A stretch of DNA of 64,000 nucleotides, from the IMG/VR virus record IMGVR_UViG_3300035687_000003, positions 9,410 to 73,409 of that record. One strand, given 5' to 3'. Each line of letters opens with the position of its first letter. The first letter of the stretch is position 1. Under the pieces are notes generated by a model. The model made no database searches. It was not told the origin of the DNA and saw only the letters and a list, made by a program, of their open reading frames with translations. Below, in pieces: positions 8,997 to 18,607 of this stretch. The DNA is from a virus. Position numbers and translations under genes: made by a program.

Positions 8997-9158
8997 ATGG
9001 GAAATACGCCATATGTCGGCAGTGACGAGTGGCGCAACGCATCGCCGGTGGAACGCTTGGCTCGCATGCAGAACATCTCTCTGGAAGAGGCGACCAGGCG
9101 CATTTACGCCGCTATGCGGATTACGTCCGGAGAGCCTGGAGGCGATGAAGAAGATTAG
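8997..9158 (+). CDS. Small hypothetical protein, 53 aa
   Basis: AAGGAG RBS; MGNTPYVGSDEW... (manual translation). Confidence 0.5.
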   Translation: MGNTPYVGSDEWRNASPVERLARMQNISLEEATRRIYAAMRITSGEPGGDEED

Positions 9159-9307
9159 TCGCTAATGTTTGACTTTGGCGTTGACCAGGCATAAGCGTGG
9201 TGGAGGCGCGCGCATTCCCTGCCCACGATGTAGACGGCCTTAGTCGGGTCGCCGCGGTACGCTAATCGTGAGCCAAGCTAATGCACACTACGCGAAGGAG
9301 TTGGACT

Positions 9308-9613
9308 ATGACCAAGATCACGATCTACGAGGATAACGCAGGTGCCGTTTACCTCGGCAATGGAACCCAATTATGGGGTCTCGGTTCCGTCACATTAGAT
9401 TTGGAGGGTACAGCAGCTGAGCACGCTAAGGCATGGACAGATAAAGAGTGGTTCCCAAATGAAGCCGACGGCCAAGTGCCGGCAGATTATGCCGGACTCG
9501 ACATTATCGCTGAGTGGAGCCCGCGTAACGGTCTGAATATTGCCAGGTGCGGAGACAATCAGATCGTCGCAGGTTCCGGTGGTTGTCGCTTCCTGGGCAT
9601 AGAAACGCCGTGA
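9308..9613 (+). CDS. Hypothetical protein
   Basis: AAGGAG RBS; MTKITIYEDNAG. Confidence 0.6.
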   Translation: MTKITIYEDNAGAVYLGNGTQLWGLGSVTLDLEGTAAEHAKAWTDKEWFPNEADGQVPADYAGLDIIAEWSPRNGLNIARCGDNQIVAGSGGCRFLGIETP

Positions 9614-9673
9614 GTGAACGGCCTGGGTACGAATCGTTAACGCTTGGCTGACGAGGGATAGAGGGAAGATGCA

Positions 9674-10069
9674 ATGACCATCCGCAACGGTACCGCCCAG
9701 CTAGGCGGCGGTACCCATGTGCACGAGGTGATCGACGGTAACCTGCGCTGCGGGATCGACCGGCGGCCCCAGCTAGCCGGTGAGCCACTGCATCCCGCCG
9801 ACGGCCCCGTGACCTGCCGACGATGCCTGCGCTCAGCAGTGGCCCACGCGGAGCCTGTGTCAGGGCCAGGGACGATTGCCGAGGCAGCGCGGCTCGCGGC
9901 GCGTTGGCTGCAGATCCGGGACCTGCGGATCTGTGCGGCCGTGGCAGCTGGCCGAGGGCTAAGGGAGGTGGCGCGGGAAGCTGACCTGGAGCACAGCACG
10001 GTGCGCAAGATGGTGGCGCGCCGCACCGGCCGGCGCGATAAGCTACTGTCGGAATCGGAAACGCAATGA
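9674..10069 (+). CDS. Zn-finger plus C-terminal HTH protein
   Basis: VTCRRC; GRGLREVAREADLEHSTVRKMV. Confidence 0.65.
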   Translation: MTIRNGTAQLGGGTHVHEVIDGNLRCGIDRRPQLAGEPLHPADGPVTCRRCLRSAVAHAEPVSGPGTIAEAARLAARWLQIRDLRICAAVAAGRGLREVAREADLEHSTVRKMVARRTGRRDKLLSESETQ

Positions 10070-10152
10070 CCGCGCTCGACGACGTGCGATGCGCACTACC
10101 TCGCCGTATGTCGTTGTGGGCCTATGGCCGGCGGCTCGACAAAGAGGCGGCC

Positions 10153-11943
10153 GTGGCACTGGCCCTTTACCGCAAGTACCGCCCCGCAACTTTCGCCGAG
10201 GTGATCGGCCAAGAACACATCACCGAGCCGCTGCGTGTTGCTCTGGCGACTGGCCGGATTAACCACGCCTACCTGTTCTCCGGCCCGCGCGGCTGCGGGA
10301 AGACCTCCAGCGCGCGCATCCTAGCCCGCTCGTTGAACTGCGTGCAGGGCCCGACGCCGGACCCGTGTGGGGTCTGCACGTCCTGCGTTGCACTGGCACC
10401 TGAAGGCGCGGGGTCCCTCGACGTCGTTGAGCTCGACGCCGCCAGTCACGGCGGCGTCGATGACGCCCGTGACCTGCGGGACCGCGCGTTCTACGCCCCC
10501 GCCGAGTCCCGGTATCGGGTGTTCATCATCGACGAGGCCCACATGGTCACCACACAGGGTTTCAACGCCCTGCTCAAGATCGTGGAGGAACCTCCGGAGC
10601 ACCTCGTCTTCATCTTCGCTACCACCGAGCCGGAGAAGGTACTGGCGACTATCCGCTCCCGCACTCACCATTACAGGTTCCGGCTGCTGCCACCGGGCAC
10701 CATGCGCGATCTACTGGAACAGGTGTGCGCTGAGGAAGTGGTGCATGTCGAGCCCGCCGTGTACCCACTGGTGATCCGCGCCGGTGGCGGCTCCGCTCGG
10801 GACTCGCTATCCGTGCTGGACCAGTTACTTGCCGCGACCGGCACCGAAGGCATCACCTACTCGCGAGCGGTGACGCTGCTCGGCGTCACCGACGTCACGC
10901 TGATCGACGACATGGTCTGTGCGCTTGCCGCTCAGGACGGGGCGACGGTATTCGCCACCATTGACCGGCTGGTCGAGGCGGGGCACGATCCCCGGCGCTT
11001 CGCCTCCGATCTTCTGCAGCGGTTCCGGGACCTGGTCCTGCTTCGGGTCGCCCCGGAGCCAGCCCGCCACGGGCTGATCGACGCTCCCGAGGATCAGCTC
11101 GCGACGATGACCACCCAAGCTGAAGCGCTGGGCGCGGGCAGTCTCACTCGGTTCGCCGAGATCACGCACAACGGGCTCACTGAGATGCGCGGCGCCACCG
11201 CCCCTCGGCTGCTACTGGAACTGCTGTGCGCCCGAATGCTGCTGCCAGCCGCCACCGAAGGGGACGGCGCGATGCTGCACCGGCTGGAGCAACTGGAGCA
11301 GCGACTTACCATCGCCGCCGCGACACCGACCACGCCCGTCGTCCAGTCTCCCTCGTCGGGAGCGAAGCCCCTGCCAGTACCAGACCAACTCGACGCAGCG
11401 GGAGTGCGACGGGCGTGGCGGTCGTTGCTGGACGCGGTGCGTGAGCAGAGTCGGATCACCCATGTCCTGCTCAGCAGCGCCACCGTGAGTGCGGTGGCGG
11501 GCAGCACCCTCGTGCTGACCCTGCCTAATGCCCCGCTGGCCCGCCGGCTGGGCGATGAGCGCAATGTTGAGATGATCAAGCGGGCGCTGCGCGCCGTCTT
11601 GGGCGTTGACTGGCAAGTGCGCTGCCAGCACGCCGACGGCGACACCGGCCCCTGCGGCACCCAGCAGCAGCCCCAGCGGACCCGCTCACCGCAACGCACG
11701 GTGGAGCGTCCCGCCGGCCGTCGTCCGGCGATGCCGCAGTCCCCCGACGACGGTGTCCCCCGCTCGCCACCGGAACCCCCGGATCCCGAGGACAGCCCGC
11801 CGCAGGTGCCGATGGACGATGAGGTGATGCTCGCCGAGGCCGCCAGCATGACCAGGCAGCATCCCGTCCGTCGGGACCCCGAGGAGGTCGCGCTGGAGTT
11901 GCTCGCCGAGCAGCTCGGTGCCCGCCGCATCGACGAGGGCTAA
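10153..11943 (+). CDS. dnaX: DNA polymerase III gamma/tau subunit, full-length host type
   Basis: ALYRKYRPATFAEVIGQ; HAYLFSGPRGCGKTS; Zn module C..CGVCTSC; ELDAAS; IIDEAHM; TIRSR; actinobacterial C-terminus LLAEQLGARRI; ORF open from 10066. Confidence 0.95.
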   Translation: MALALYRKYRPATFAEVIGQEHITEPLRVALATGRINHAYLFSGPRGCGKTSSARILARSLNCVQGPTPDPCGVCTSCVALAPEGAGSLDVVELDAASHGGVDDARDLRDRAFYAPAESRYRVFIIDEAHMVTTQGFNALLKIVEEPPEHLVFIFATTEPEKVLATIRSRTHHYRFRLLPPGTMRDLLEQVCAEEVVHVEPAVYPLVIRAGGGSARDSLSVLDQLLAATGTEGITYSRAVTLLGVTDVTLIDDMVCALAAQDGATVFATIDRLVEAGHDPRRFASDLLQRFRDLVLLRVAPEPARHGLIDAPEDQLATMTTQAEALGAGSLTRFAEITHNGLTEMRGATAPRLLLELLCARMLLPAATEGDGAMLHRLEQLEQRLTIAAATPTTPVVQSPSSGAKPLPVPDQLDAAGVRRAWRSLLDAVREQSRITHVLLSSATVSAVAGSTLVLTLPNAPLARRLGDERNVEMIKRALRAVLGVDWQVRCQHADGDTGPCGTQQQPQRTRSPQRTVERPAGRRPAMPQSPDDGVPRSPPEPPDPEDSPPQVPMDDEVMLAEAASMTRQHPVRRDPEEVALELLAEQLGARRIDEG

Positions 11944-11962
11944 CGGCACCTTCGCGAGGGCT

Positions 11963-12145
11963 GTGATCTTGGGAAGACAATGGTGGTCGGTCAGAGAGAT
12001 CCGAATCGTCGGTCGCTCTCATGTCTATGCTAACGGGAAATGCTACGAACGTAATTGTGCGTATGAGTTCTACAGCGCACCGATATGGGCTAGGGAGTTC
12101 GCCGAGAAGCATCGTCCTACCGATCCGGCGGCTATTCCGCGCTAA
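11963..12145 (+). CDS. Small hypothetical protein
   Basis: GAGG RBS before GTG; CYERNC...H. Confidence 0.4.
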   Translation: MILGRQWWSVREIRIVGRSHVYANGKCYERNCAYEFYSAPIWAREFAEKHRPTDPAAIPR

Positions 12146-12252
12146 CCTGTTGTCGTCGTGATTCTATGTTGTAGGTGTCGTCTTAGGGTATAGTGCGCTA
12201 GGGAATTGGCAAGTATGAGCGCGGTTATAGGCACACTTCTACTGACGGTTGT

Positions 12253-12465
12253 ATGATTCGGTTAGGGAGTAGGCACATGTTTCACGGCTGGAGACCCGAG
12301 TTCAGGTGGAGCATCCCCTTACCGTTCTGGAAATGGAACTTCGTTAACTTTCACTACACATCACGATCGTTCCGGCTCGGCCCTTATTCCCGTAACTCCC
12401 GCGGCCGTGAATCCTTTGACGTCCTAGGCTGGGGCTACCTTCGCCGACACCGGTTCCGGAGATGA
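12253..12465 (+). CDS. Small basic aromatic protein, DUF4236-like
   Basis: FRWSIPL..WNF..SFRLGPYSRNSR..D..G. Confidence 0.45.
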   Translation: MIRLGSRHMFHGWRPEFRWSIPLPFWKWNFVNFHYTSRSFRLGPYSRNSRGRESFDVLGWGYLRRHRFRR

Positions 12466-12583
12466 ATAGTTTGTGCTATGATGAAACCAAGTGCTGACCC
12501 GTACTCTTCCGCGGTGTAGGCGCTTTCCGCCCCGGCCCATCAGCGATATTGCAGTGGCTGCTGCAAGCTGTCGAGCCGGGGCC

Positions 12584-13033
12584 CTACTCGGTATCTGCTG
12601 CCGCGGCGGTCAGATTACGCAGGTGAAGTTCGAACTGTTGCGCTGCTGCAACAGGTCTCAGCACTGGCCCCAGTGTTTCACCACACAAGCAGGTAACCCA
12701 ATAGTAGGGACCGTAGTCCTCTTTCCATTGGGCAGTGAATCCGCCATGCTGACGTGCGGCAAGGGAATGGGCCGCCGCCGCCCGTTCCTGCGTTTCTGTT
12801 GGCGCGGATCTGCGGGGAGCTGGCATTATGAAAGTGAACCTCGGCACCATCCCCCCGTCCGGTAGGTTGACCAGCTCCAGAAACTCAGATTCGCGCATCA
12901 CGTTGACACTGCCCGCGTATGGTGCACTTAGTGACATGTAGATCACTACGTCTTCATTGTTACTGTTCCGACCGAGCATGAGGACGGCGTAGTGCCCGCC
13001 TTTGTAATGTCGGTAGACGCCGAGCTCCATCAC
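12584..13033 (-). CDS. DUF1653-domain protein
   Basis: GVYRHYKGGHYAVL...EDVVIY...R..EF...PRF. Confidence 0.8.
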   Translation of the reverse strand: MMELGVYRHYKGGHYAVLMLGRNSNNEDVVIYMSLSAPYAGSVNVMRESEFLELVNLPDGGMVPRFTFIMPAPRRSAPTETQERAAAAHSLAARQHGGFTAQWKEDYGPYYWVTCLCGETLGPVLRPVAAAQQFELHLRNLTAAAADTE

Positions 13034-13037
13034 TTTG

Positions 13038-13214
13038 TCACTCCTCCTGGGAAGCTGCGATCACGTCTTCCACTTTGGCGAGTGTCGTTCTCAGTTCGCT
13101 AACCATCGCCCCGGTGTCGGTTTCGAGTGCTTTGATCCGGCGGCTGCAGTAGAGATTCGCAGCCGCACTGGCAATGAATGCCAGTGCAATGAGCACGTTG
13201 AACGTGGCTTGCAT
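13038..13214 (-). CDS. Small membrane-anchored coiled-coil protein
   Basis: MQATFNVLIALAFIASAAANLY...ELRTTLAKVE (manual translation). Confidence 0.5.
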   Translation of the reverse strand: MQATFNVLIALAFIASAAANLYCSRRIKALETDTGAMVSELRTTLAKVEDVIAASQEE

Positions 13215-13218
13215 CGGT

Positions 13219-13923
13219 TTATCCCTTTCCCGGTTCTGTCAAGGGCTGCAGAATCGCTGCGGCGAGCAGTGGCGGTATTGCGTTCCCGCACTGCTGGTAT
13301 TGTTGCGTCTTCGTTCCCTTCCACGGGTAATCTGCCGGAAACGACTGAAGTATCCCGGCTTCCCGGACTGCGACCCGCTCGGTCGAGTTGCTCTGCGGTC
13401 CATTGATTATCCGCCATTCAGTTCCCGATGGATGTGAACCGCTGCCACTCGCGCGAACAGTATAGCTAGGAGCGTCCATGTCTCGCGGATCACGTTCAGC
13501 ACCGGGGCCAGAGTTTCGTGCCTGAACCCAGTCGACTGCATTGCCTCTCTCACTATGGAATATGGTCTCCGCAGGTTCGTCCAGTCTGCGAGCGCAGGCG
13601 TTGCCCTGGGTCCCGTTGCGCAGTATCGCGTTTCGTCCAATCTTCCCGGTGACCGTCGGAGCGGGTTCGGTACCCTGTCGTTCGCCGCGGTCGGTCGGAT
13701 CACCTCCAGTTCCGTAGCTGGATCGCAGCGTCCAGCCGGTGCTGTAGCTGTTGCCTTGCCCGTATGACCATCGGGGCGAGCTTTCGCCGTAGACCGTTCT
13801 CCCTGGCCGGTCGATACCAGCCCGTCCGAGGGCTTGAGCCATTGATACCGCAACCGGTAGCGGCGGTCCGAATAAGCTCTCTGCGGTTTGTGGCTCAACA
13901 GCGAACAATTCGAGGATCATCAT
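13219..13923 (-). pseudogene. DNA cytosine-5 methyltransferase with in-frame internal deletion
   Basis: Start ILELFA (motif I cut short); end REAGILQSFPADY..QQCGNAIPP (motifs IX-X); no PC catalytic motif or motifs VI/VIII. Confidence 0.75.
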
Positions 13924-13933
13924 TCCAAGCTGG

Positions 13934-14344
13934 TCATGAAATTACCAGCTGTCCAATGCAACGCTTTGCGTCAGCAATTATTGCATCGAGATTAGGCACG
14001 TTATCACTGCCATTGCTCCATCTGTTTTCAACCGAATCCAGTAAGCCCCGCAGTGTTGTTGATTCAGGATATTCTCTCCGATGCTCGGTCAGTTCGTCTC
14101 GCAACATTGTTAACGGGTACCCACCGCATGCCACCTGTATCCAGAGCCCAGCAGCGACGCAGTGCTGGCAGGTGCGATACGATTCCCACTTGGAGTTGTA
14201 TCCAGAAATTCCGGTCAGGTATGTGTATATTTCGCCTGCCTTAATTTTGCGCCAACATTCGTCACAAGTATGCTCCGTTCGGGCTTTTCTCTTCACCTCT
14301 CCGTTTGTGAACTTGAAAGGCTCACTGTCGTCAATGGCGCACAT
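13934..14344 (-). CDS. Zinc-binding phage protein
   Basis: RKARTEHTCDECWRKIKAGEIY...TCQHC. Confidence 0.7.
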   Translation of the reverse strand: MCAIDDSEPFKFTNGEVKRKARTEHTCDECWRKIKAGEIYTYLTGISGYNSKWESYRTCQHCVAAGLWIQVACGGYPLTMLRDELTEHRREYPESTTLRGLLDSVENRWSNGSDNVPNLDAIIADAKRCIGQLVIS

Positions 14345-14528
14345 CTACATCTCCGTTCAGTCGATTGCTTAGCCGTATCGCATTGAGGTGATCCGCTCCA
14401 GCCTGCCGGGCGTCGGCGTTACTGTCATACTTCGGCAGCGTGTACCATTTACTGCAGCTGCATTGTGCGAAATAGCGTCCGTGACTATCACAGTCCGTCC
14501 AGATCCGGTGCTGAGTGTTGCCGCTCAC
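14331..14528 (-). CDS. Small CxC..H hypothetical protein
   Basis: AQCSC...ADH; overlap-coupled. Confidence 0.55.
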   Translation of the reverse strand: MSGNTQHRIWTDCDSHGRYFAQCSCSKWYTLPKYDSNADARQAGADHLNAIRLSNRLNGDVDVRH

Positions 14529-14887
14529 GGCGACTCCGCTTCGATACGAGCTGTGACAATTAACCGAGTACCAACCGGAAAGTCTTCCGCATACGCCATG
14601 AATCCCGGCCCTGACTGTATCCCCGATTTCAATAGTGGGGATCCCTCGTCTGCCCAGTACCGATGATTAGATTCGGATTTAGAAGTGACGACCATAACGT
14701 GAATCTTTTCTGTCGCAACTGAGCTGAGTATTTCGTGCGCACGCTTATGCCGCATGCACATCCATTCTTTACGCAACGCTTTCAATTCAGCGAGTTCACG
14801 CTGCGAAGCGTAATCACTACATCCGCTCTCTACACAGCCTGGATAAGCACATGTGTACCAGAGCGTACCGCCTCTTCGCCTGCTCAT
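14525..14887 (-). CDS. Hypothetical protein
   Basis: Overlap-coupled; CAYPGC...CMRH. Confidence 0.6.
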   Translation of the reverse strand: MSRRRGGTLWYTCAYPGCVESGCSDYASQRELAELKALRKEWMCMRHKRAHEILSSVATEKIHVMVVTSKSESNHRYWADEGSPLLKSGIQSGPGFMAYAEDFPVGTRLIVTARIEAESP

Positions 14888-16269
14888 GATGTGCTCTCCT
14901 GCGACATCTGTTCCATTTGCTCAACTAGCCGGCCTTCCCGCCGGTAGCCTTCCAGCGCGACAATTACCTTCGCGAGCTCCAGATCAGTCAGGCCATCGGA
15001 CGTGGTGACGGCTGGCACCTTGACGAGCAGTCGGTTGAGGATGAGTAGCCGCGTTGCCCGGCCCACGGCGGTGTCCGTGATCCCACCTTCACCGAGCCGC
15101 TTGAACATCCGCTTGCGAAGCTCGTCTCGTGTTCTACTCTCGGCCAGCTGCTCCGCATCGAGGTCATCGGGTGACGCGGCATCGGGGTCCTGCTCGCCGG
15201 ATCTTTCGCCGATCACCGCGAGGGCCTGCGGCTTGGCTGCCTTGATCCGTTCGTGCAGCTCGGTGTTCTCGGGTTCCGCGACGAGAGCGGAGTGGTAGGT
15301 CCCGTACAGTCCCTCAAGGTCCCCGGCTGCTACGGACTCCTCGATCGCAGCATCCCAGTCGGCGTCAGTGAGACCGGCCGTGGGTGCGGGCTCAGACGGT
15401 GCGGCCCGCGTAGGTGGCGGCTCTACGGGCGGTTCAGCCGGGCGGACAGGCATTTCCGAATCGTCCGCTATCTCAGCACTCGTCGCGCCGTTCTCATTGG
15501 ATTCGACCGGCTCAGTTCGGTCTTTGATTGCAGTCACTGCGGCCCTAATCAATCCAAGTGCCTCTTTATTGGTAGGGTCGTCGCGACGAATTTGATCCCA
15601 TAGCCGCTTGAGTCCCGAAAGGTCGTCGGCGGCTTCGCGCTGAGCGATCTCGGCATTCCAGTCTCTTCCGTTTCTGTTGCCTTCCGCTGTGACTCGCGTG
15701 GCCGTTGCTTGCACCGGTTGACCCTCGCCGTCCACGTCTACGCCCAGTTCTTCCGGTGTGTAGTGCAGGCCGCATAGCACCTCTTCGCAGGCGTCGCGTG
15801 CACACTCGGAAATGGCGCGAGCCTTGAGCATCGCCGCTGGATAATTCTTCCAGACCGGCTTGCTGGCAAGACCGGCTTGCCTTGCGCGTGCTATCGTCCA
15901 TTCGGACCGGAAAACAAAGTCTGGATCATCAGAACGGACGATTTCTGCGGTGGCCTTCTCGTCATTGCCTGTAATCCGCAACCGATGCCCAGCCCGTCGG
16001 ACTAGCGCCGACATGAGTGCGGCCGATGCTGATGGCTTGCCTTCGATCACGTGGATACCGGTGATCGCTGCCATTGGAGCTAGACCGAGCATCTGCGCGT
16101 ACTCGTACGCAAACAGGATGTTTGCTGGATTCTTCCGAAAATGCGTGGGCAGTAGCCCGGATTCTGCGAGATACCGCGCGTACTCAATTTTTTGGGCAAT
16201 TGTCACTTGCTGAGTGGGTATGCTTGAAACGATGGCGACGTCGTTATTTCCGTTCTTATCAGTGATCAT
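14884..16269 (-). CDS. RecT/Red-beta-like single-strand annealing protein with long C-terminal extension
   Basis: SGLLP..FRKNPANIL..LGLAPM..IHVIEGKP..WKNYPAAMLKARAIS..YTPEEL. Confidence 0.8.
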   Translation of the reverse strand: MITDKNGNNDVAIVSSIPTQQVTIAQKIEYARYLAESGLLPTHFRKNPANILFAYEYAQMLGLAPMAAITGIHVIEGKPSASAALMSALVRRAGHRLRITGNDEKATAEIVRSDDPDFVFRSEWTIARARQAGLASKPVWKNYPAAMLKARAISECARDACEEVLCGLHYTPEELGVDVDGEGQPVQATATRVTAEGNRNGRDWNAEIAQREAADDLSGLKRLWDQIRRDDPTNKEALGLIRAAVTAIKDRTEPVESNENGATSAEIADDSEMPVRPAEPPVEPPPTRAAPSEPAPTAGLTDADWDAAIEESVAAGDLEGLYGTYHSALVAEPENTELHERIKAAKPQALAVIGERSGEQDPDAASPDDLDAEQLAESRTRDELRKRMFKRLGEGGITDTAVGRATRLLILNRLLVKVPAVTTSDGLTDLELAKVIVALEGYRREGRLVEQMEQMSQESTS

Positions 16270-16729
16270 CCTGTAGCTCCTTCGCGTAGTTCCTGTTAGC
16301 TCGATTGCGGTTACATGTCAGGCAGTAGCGATTAAATGTGTTACCGTTGCGACGGATTCCGTCAAGGGGATGACCGCAGCGCCGTCCCGTGACACGCTTG
16401 GCAGCTGCACGACGATTATTTTCTAGTTGTGTTACCACTTCAAGATGAAGCGGATTTACACATCTCCTATGTAGGCAGACAGTGCCGCCGCGACACAATT
16501 TATCCAGGTTGTGACATTTATGGTCGACGTGCAGGCCGTCCAGAATTGGCCCGATATGTAGAATATAGGACGCGCGATGGGCATACATTGATTTGCCGTC
16601 TAACGAGATTTGTCCGTACCCATTAGGCAGTATGTAGCCATTCCATTGATGGCACCCATTGGCGTTAATCTCGACTTTCGCCGCCATGGCTGCGCGTCGC
16701 GCGTCGTGCGATTGCGGACGACCTGTCAT
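16259..16729 (-). CDS. HNH endonuclease
   Basis: GCHQWNG..GYGQI..AHRASY..VDHKC..CVNPLHLEVVTQLEN. Confidence 0.9.
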   Translation of the reverse strand: MTGRPQSHDARRAAMAAKVEINANGCHQWNGYILPNGYGQISLDGKSMYAHRASYILHIGPILDGLHVDHKCHNLDKLCRGGTVCLHRRCVNPLHLEVVTQLENNRRAAAKRVTGRRCGHPLDGIRRNGNTFNRYCLTCNRNRANRNYAKELQDDH

Positions 16730-17556
16730 GCTGACTCCAGTTCTCTGATTGCCCATCGTGGCAAGCTCACTGTCACTGGGCCGTCAGCGTAGCCTGGCCA
16801 GTGGTCGAATGTCTTGCACTGATAATACAACTCGATCGCCTCACGATTCTGGGCCCGACCGTAGGCCAGCATCTCCTCATCGGGAGTGGCCACGGTCACG
16901 ACGTAGGGTGGTGTCTTCTCTTGAAAAATGAAAGTGAACTCCGGCGGGTAGTCGGCCAGTCCGACATCGACCACCGCATCCTGGTACCAGGGTGCCTGCA
17001 TGAAGTAGCCGTAGTTTACCATTGATTTCGCTATCGCTGACGGCGCGGCCGAGTTGCAGGTCTTATAGTCGATAACATCTCCGTTACGGAGCAGGTAATC
17101 CAACCGGGCCCGTCGCGGTACCTCCGTCGCCTCGTCTACCCAGAACAAACTTTGCTCCGGCTGGCCCATTTCGTGAAGCAGTTCAGCTGCGTGAGGATGT
17201 TGGAACAGTGCGTCTACCATGTCCTGGGCTTGGATATGGTCGCTCCGTAGGATCGGCACTTCGCCGGCCGTGTACGCGGCCTTGCGCGCTCCCTGCGCAG
17301 CCTTCGTCTGCCAGCTGTCAGCGTCGATCACCTTAACGGGGTCGCCGATGCCGAAGAGTAAGCCGTGGACGACGTGGCCGAAATCCCAGTCCGCTTTCGG
17401 CGGCTCCCCGTGATCCACCCAGTGCCGGTAGTGCGCCGGGCAGGACGGCGGCAGGAGTTTGCGGGCACCGGTGTGTGACAGGCTCCCGCCCGGCCAAGGG
17501 TCGGCGTGGTAGGTGGCAGCGGGGATGTCGTAGACGCCGGGTTGGTCGATCATCAC
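16726..17556 (-). CDS. RecE/exonuclease VIII-like PD-(D/E)XK nuclease (DUF3799)
   Basis: YHADP..SLS..FGHVVH..EQSLFW..RARLDYL..IDYKT..GYFMQAPWY..QEKTPPY. Confidence 0.85.
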   Translation of the reverse strand: MMIDQPGVYDIPAATYHADPWPGGSLSHTGARKLLPPSCPAHYRHWVDHGEPPKADWDFGHVVHGLLFGIGDPVKVIDADSWQTKAAQGARKAAYTAGEVPILRSDHIQAQDMVDALFQHPHAAELLHEMGQPEQSLFWVDEATEVPRRARLDYLLRNGDVIDYKTCNSAAPSAIAKSMVNYGYFMQAPWYQDAVVDVGLADYPPEFTFIFQEKTPPYVVTVATPDEEMLAYGRAQNREAIELYYQCKTFDHWPGYADGPVTVSLPRWAIRELESA

Positions 17557-17666
17557 TCAGAATCTCGCTTTCCAGTGATCTCGAACGCGCCGAAACGGCC
17601 CCGGCGGGCGTCAATCCAGGGTTGCGAACCGGACTCATAGTGACCGAGCAGGATGGCGGCAGTCAT
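17553..17666 (-). pseudogene. 37-aa stub resembling the N-terminus of a YqaJ/lambda-type exonuclease
   Basis: MTAAILLGHYESGSQPWIDARRGRFGAFEI; compare W..AR...IGGSEI of YqaJ family. Confidence 0.55.
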
Positions 17667-17842
17667 GGCTTGATCTGTGATCTCAGCATCACCGTCAAAC
17701 TGTCTAACGGATAAAGCTCCGTGAATGGGTATCCATCGAATTGCACGTCCGCACTTGCCCGATGTTGCACGGTACGGAGCTGGATAACGGTGCCAATGCG
17801 CCCATAGGCAGCGACCCGGTCGTTTGGTTGAATCTCGTTCAC
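17663..17842 (-). CDS. Small SH3/KOW-like protein
   Basis: IQPNDRV..GRIGTVI..VQFD..LDSL; overlap-coupled. Confidence 0.5.
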   Translation of the reverse strand: MNEIQPNDRVAAYGRIGTVIQLRTVQHRASADVQFDGYPFTELYPLDSLTVMLRSQIKP

Positions 17843-18594
17843 GATACTGTTCCCTTCATCGGCCATCCGTCCGCACTTGCCACCACACCGTCCGCTCGCT
17901 CCATGATCCCCGGTCGCTCCGACGGCTCCGCTTGCGCTACCACCTTGTCGCGCAGGTACGTCGCGAACGACAATTGACTCTCCCGGTACCAGACAGCCTG
18001 CACGACTTGCAGCTCGTCCAGCGACATCGCTCCGATCTCCGGGTAACACTTCGCAAGCTTCCACGCCAGACGCATCGCGGCCAAGGTGTCAGCGCTGGCA
18101 CTGTGCGCCTCCAGTAAGATAATGCCGTAATGCTGGCAGGTGTCGACCAGCTTACGTGACCCGCGGCGGTAGCGATCGCAGTGTTTGTCTATTACCAGCG
18201 GGTCGATCACTGGTCCGACTGGCCCGTACGCGAGCAGGCCTTGCGGCTTACCGCAGTGCCGGATGAGTTCGTGGTGCAGTACTGTCAGGTCGTAGCTGGC
18301 ATTGTATGCGATGATCGGCAGACCCTTGGCCCATGCTTTCGTTACCTCTTCGGCGACTTCTGTTGCCACTTCAGCGGGGTCACGGCCGTACCGACGCGCA
18401 TCTTCCGTGTTGATTCCATGTTTCTCCGTCGCTTCGGCCGGGATCTCTACTCCCGGGTCAGCCGTCCACTCGCGGACGTTCGTTTCCCGGCCGACGACGA
18501 CGATCACGCTTGCGGTGACGATCCGGGCTTCGGTGGGCAGCGGCGAAGTTGTTTCGAAATCCAGCCCTGCGATCGGTTCGTCGATCCAACTCAC
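17839..18594 (-). CDS. DEDDh 3'-5' exonuclease (DnaQ-like)
   Basis: GLDFETT; HGI; AYNASYDL; AHSASAD. Confidence 0.9.
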   Translation of the reverse strand: MSWIDEPIAGLDFETTSPLPTEARIVTASVIVVVGRETNVREWTADPGVEIPAEATEKHGINTEDARRYGRDPAEVATEVAEEVTKAWAKGLPIIAYNASYDLTVLHHELIRHCGKPQGLLAYGPVGPVIDPLVIDKHCDRYRRGSRKLVDTCQHYGIILLEAHSASADTLAAMRLAWKLAKCYPEIGAMSLDELQVVQAVWYRESQLSFATYLRDKVVAQAEPSERPGIMERADGVVASADGWPMKGTVS

Positions 18595-18607
18595 GTTTGG
18601 ATTCCCC

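Noticed and set aside
10066-11943. dnaX as a host chromosome boundary
   Set aside because: Phage-type genes on both sides and none of the usual chromosomal neighbours
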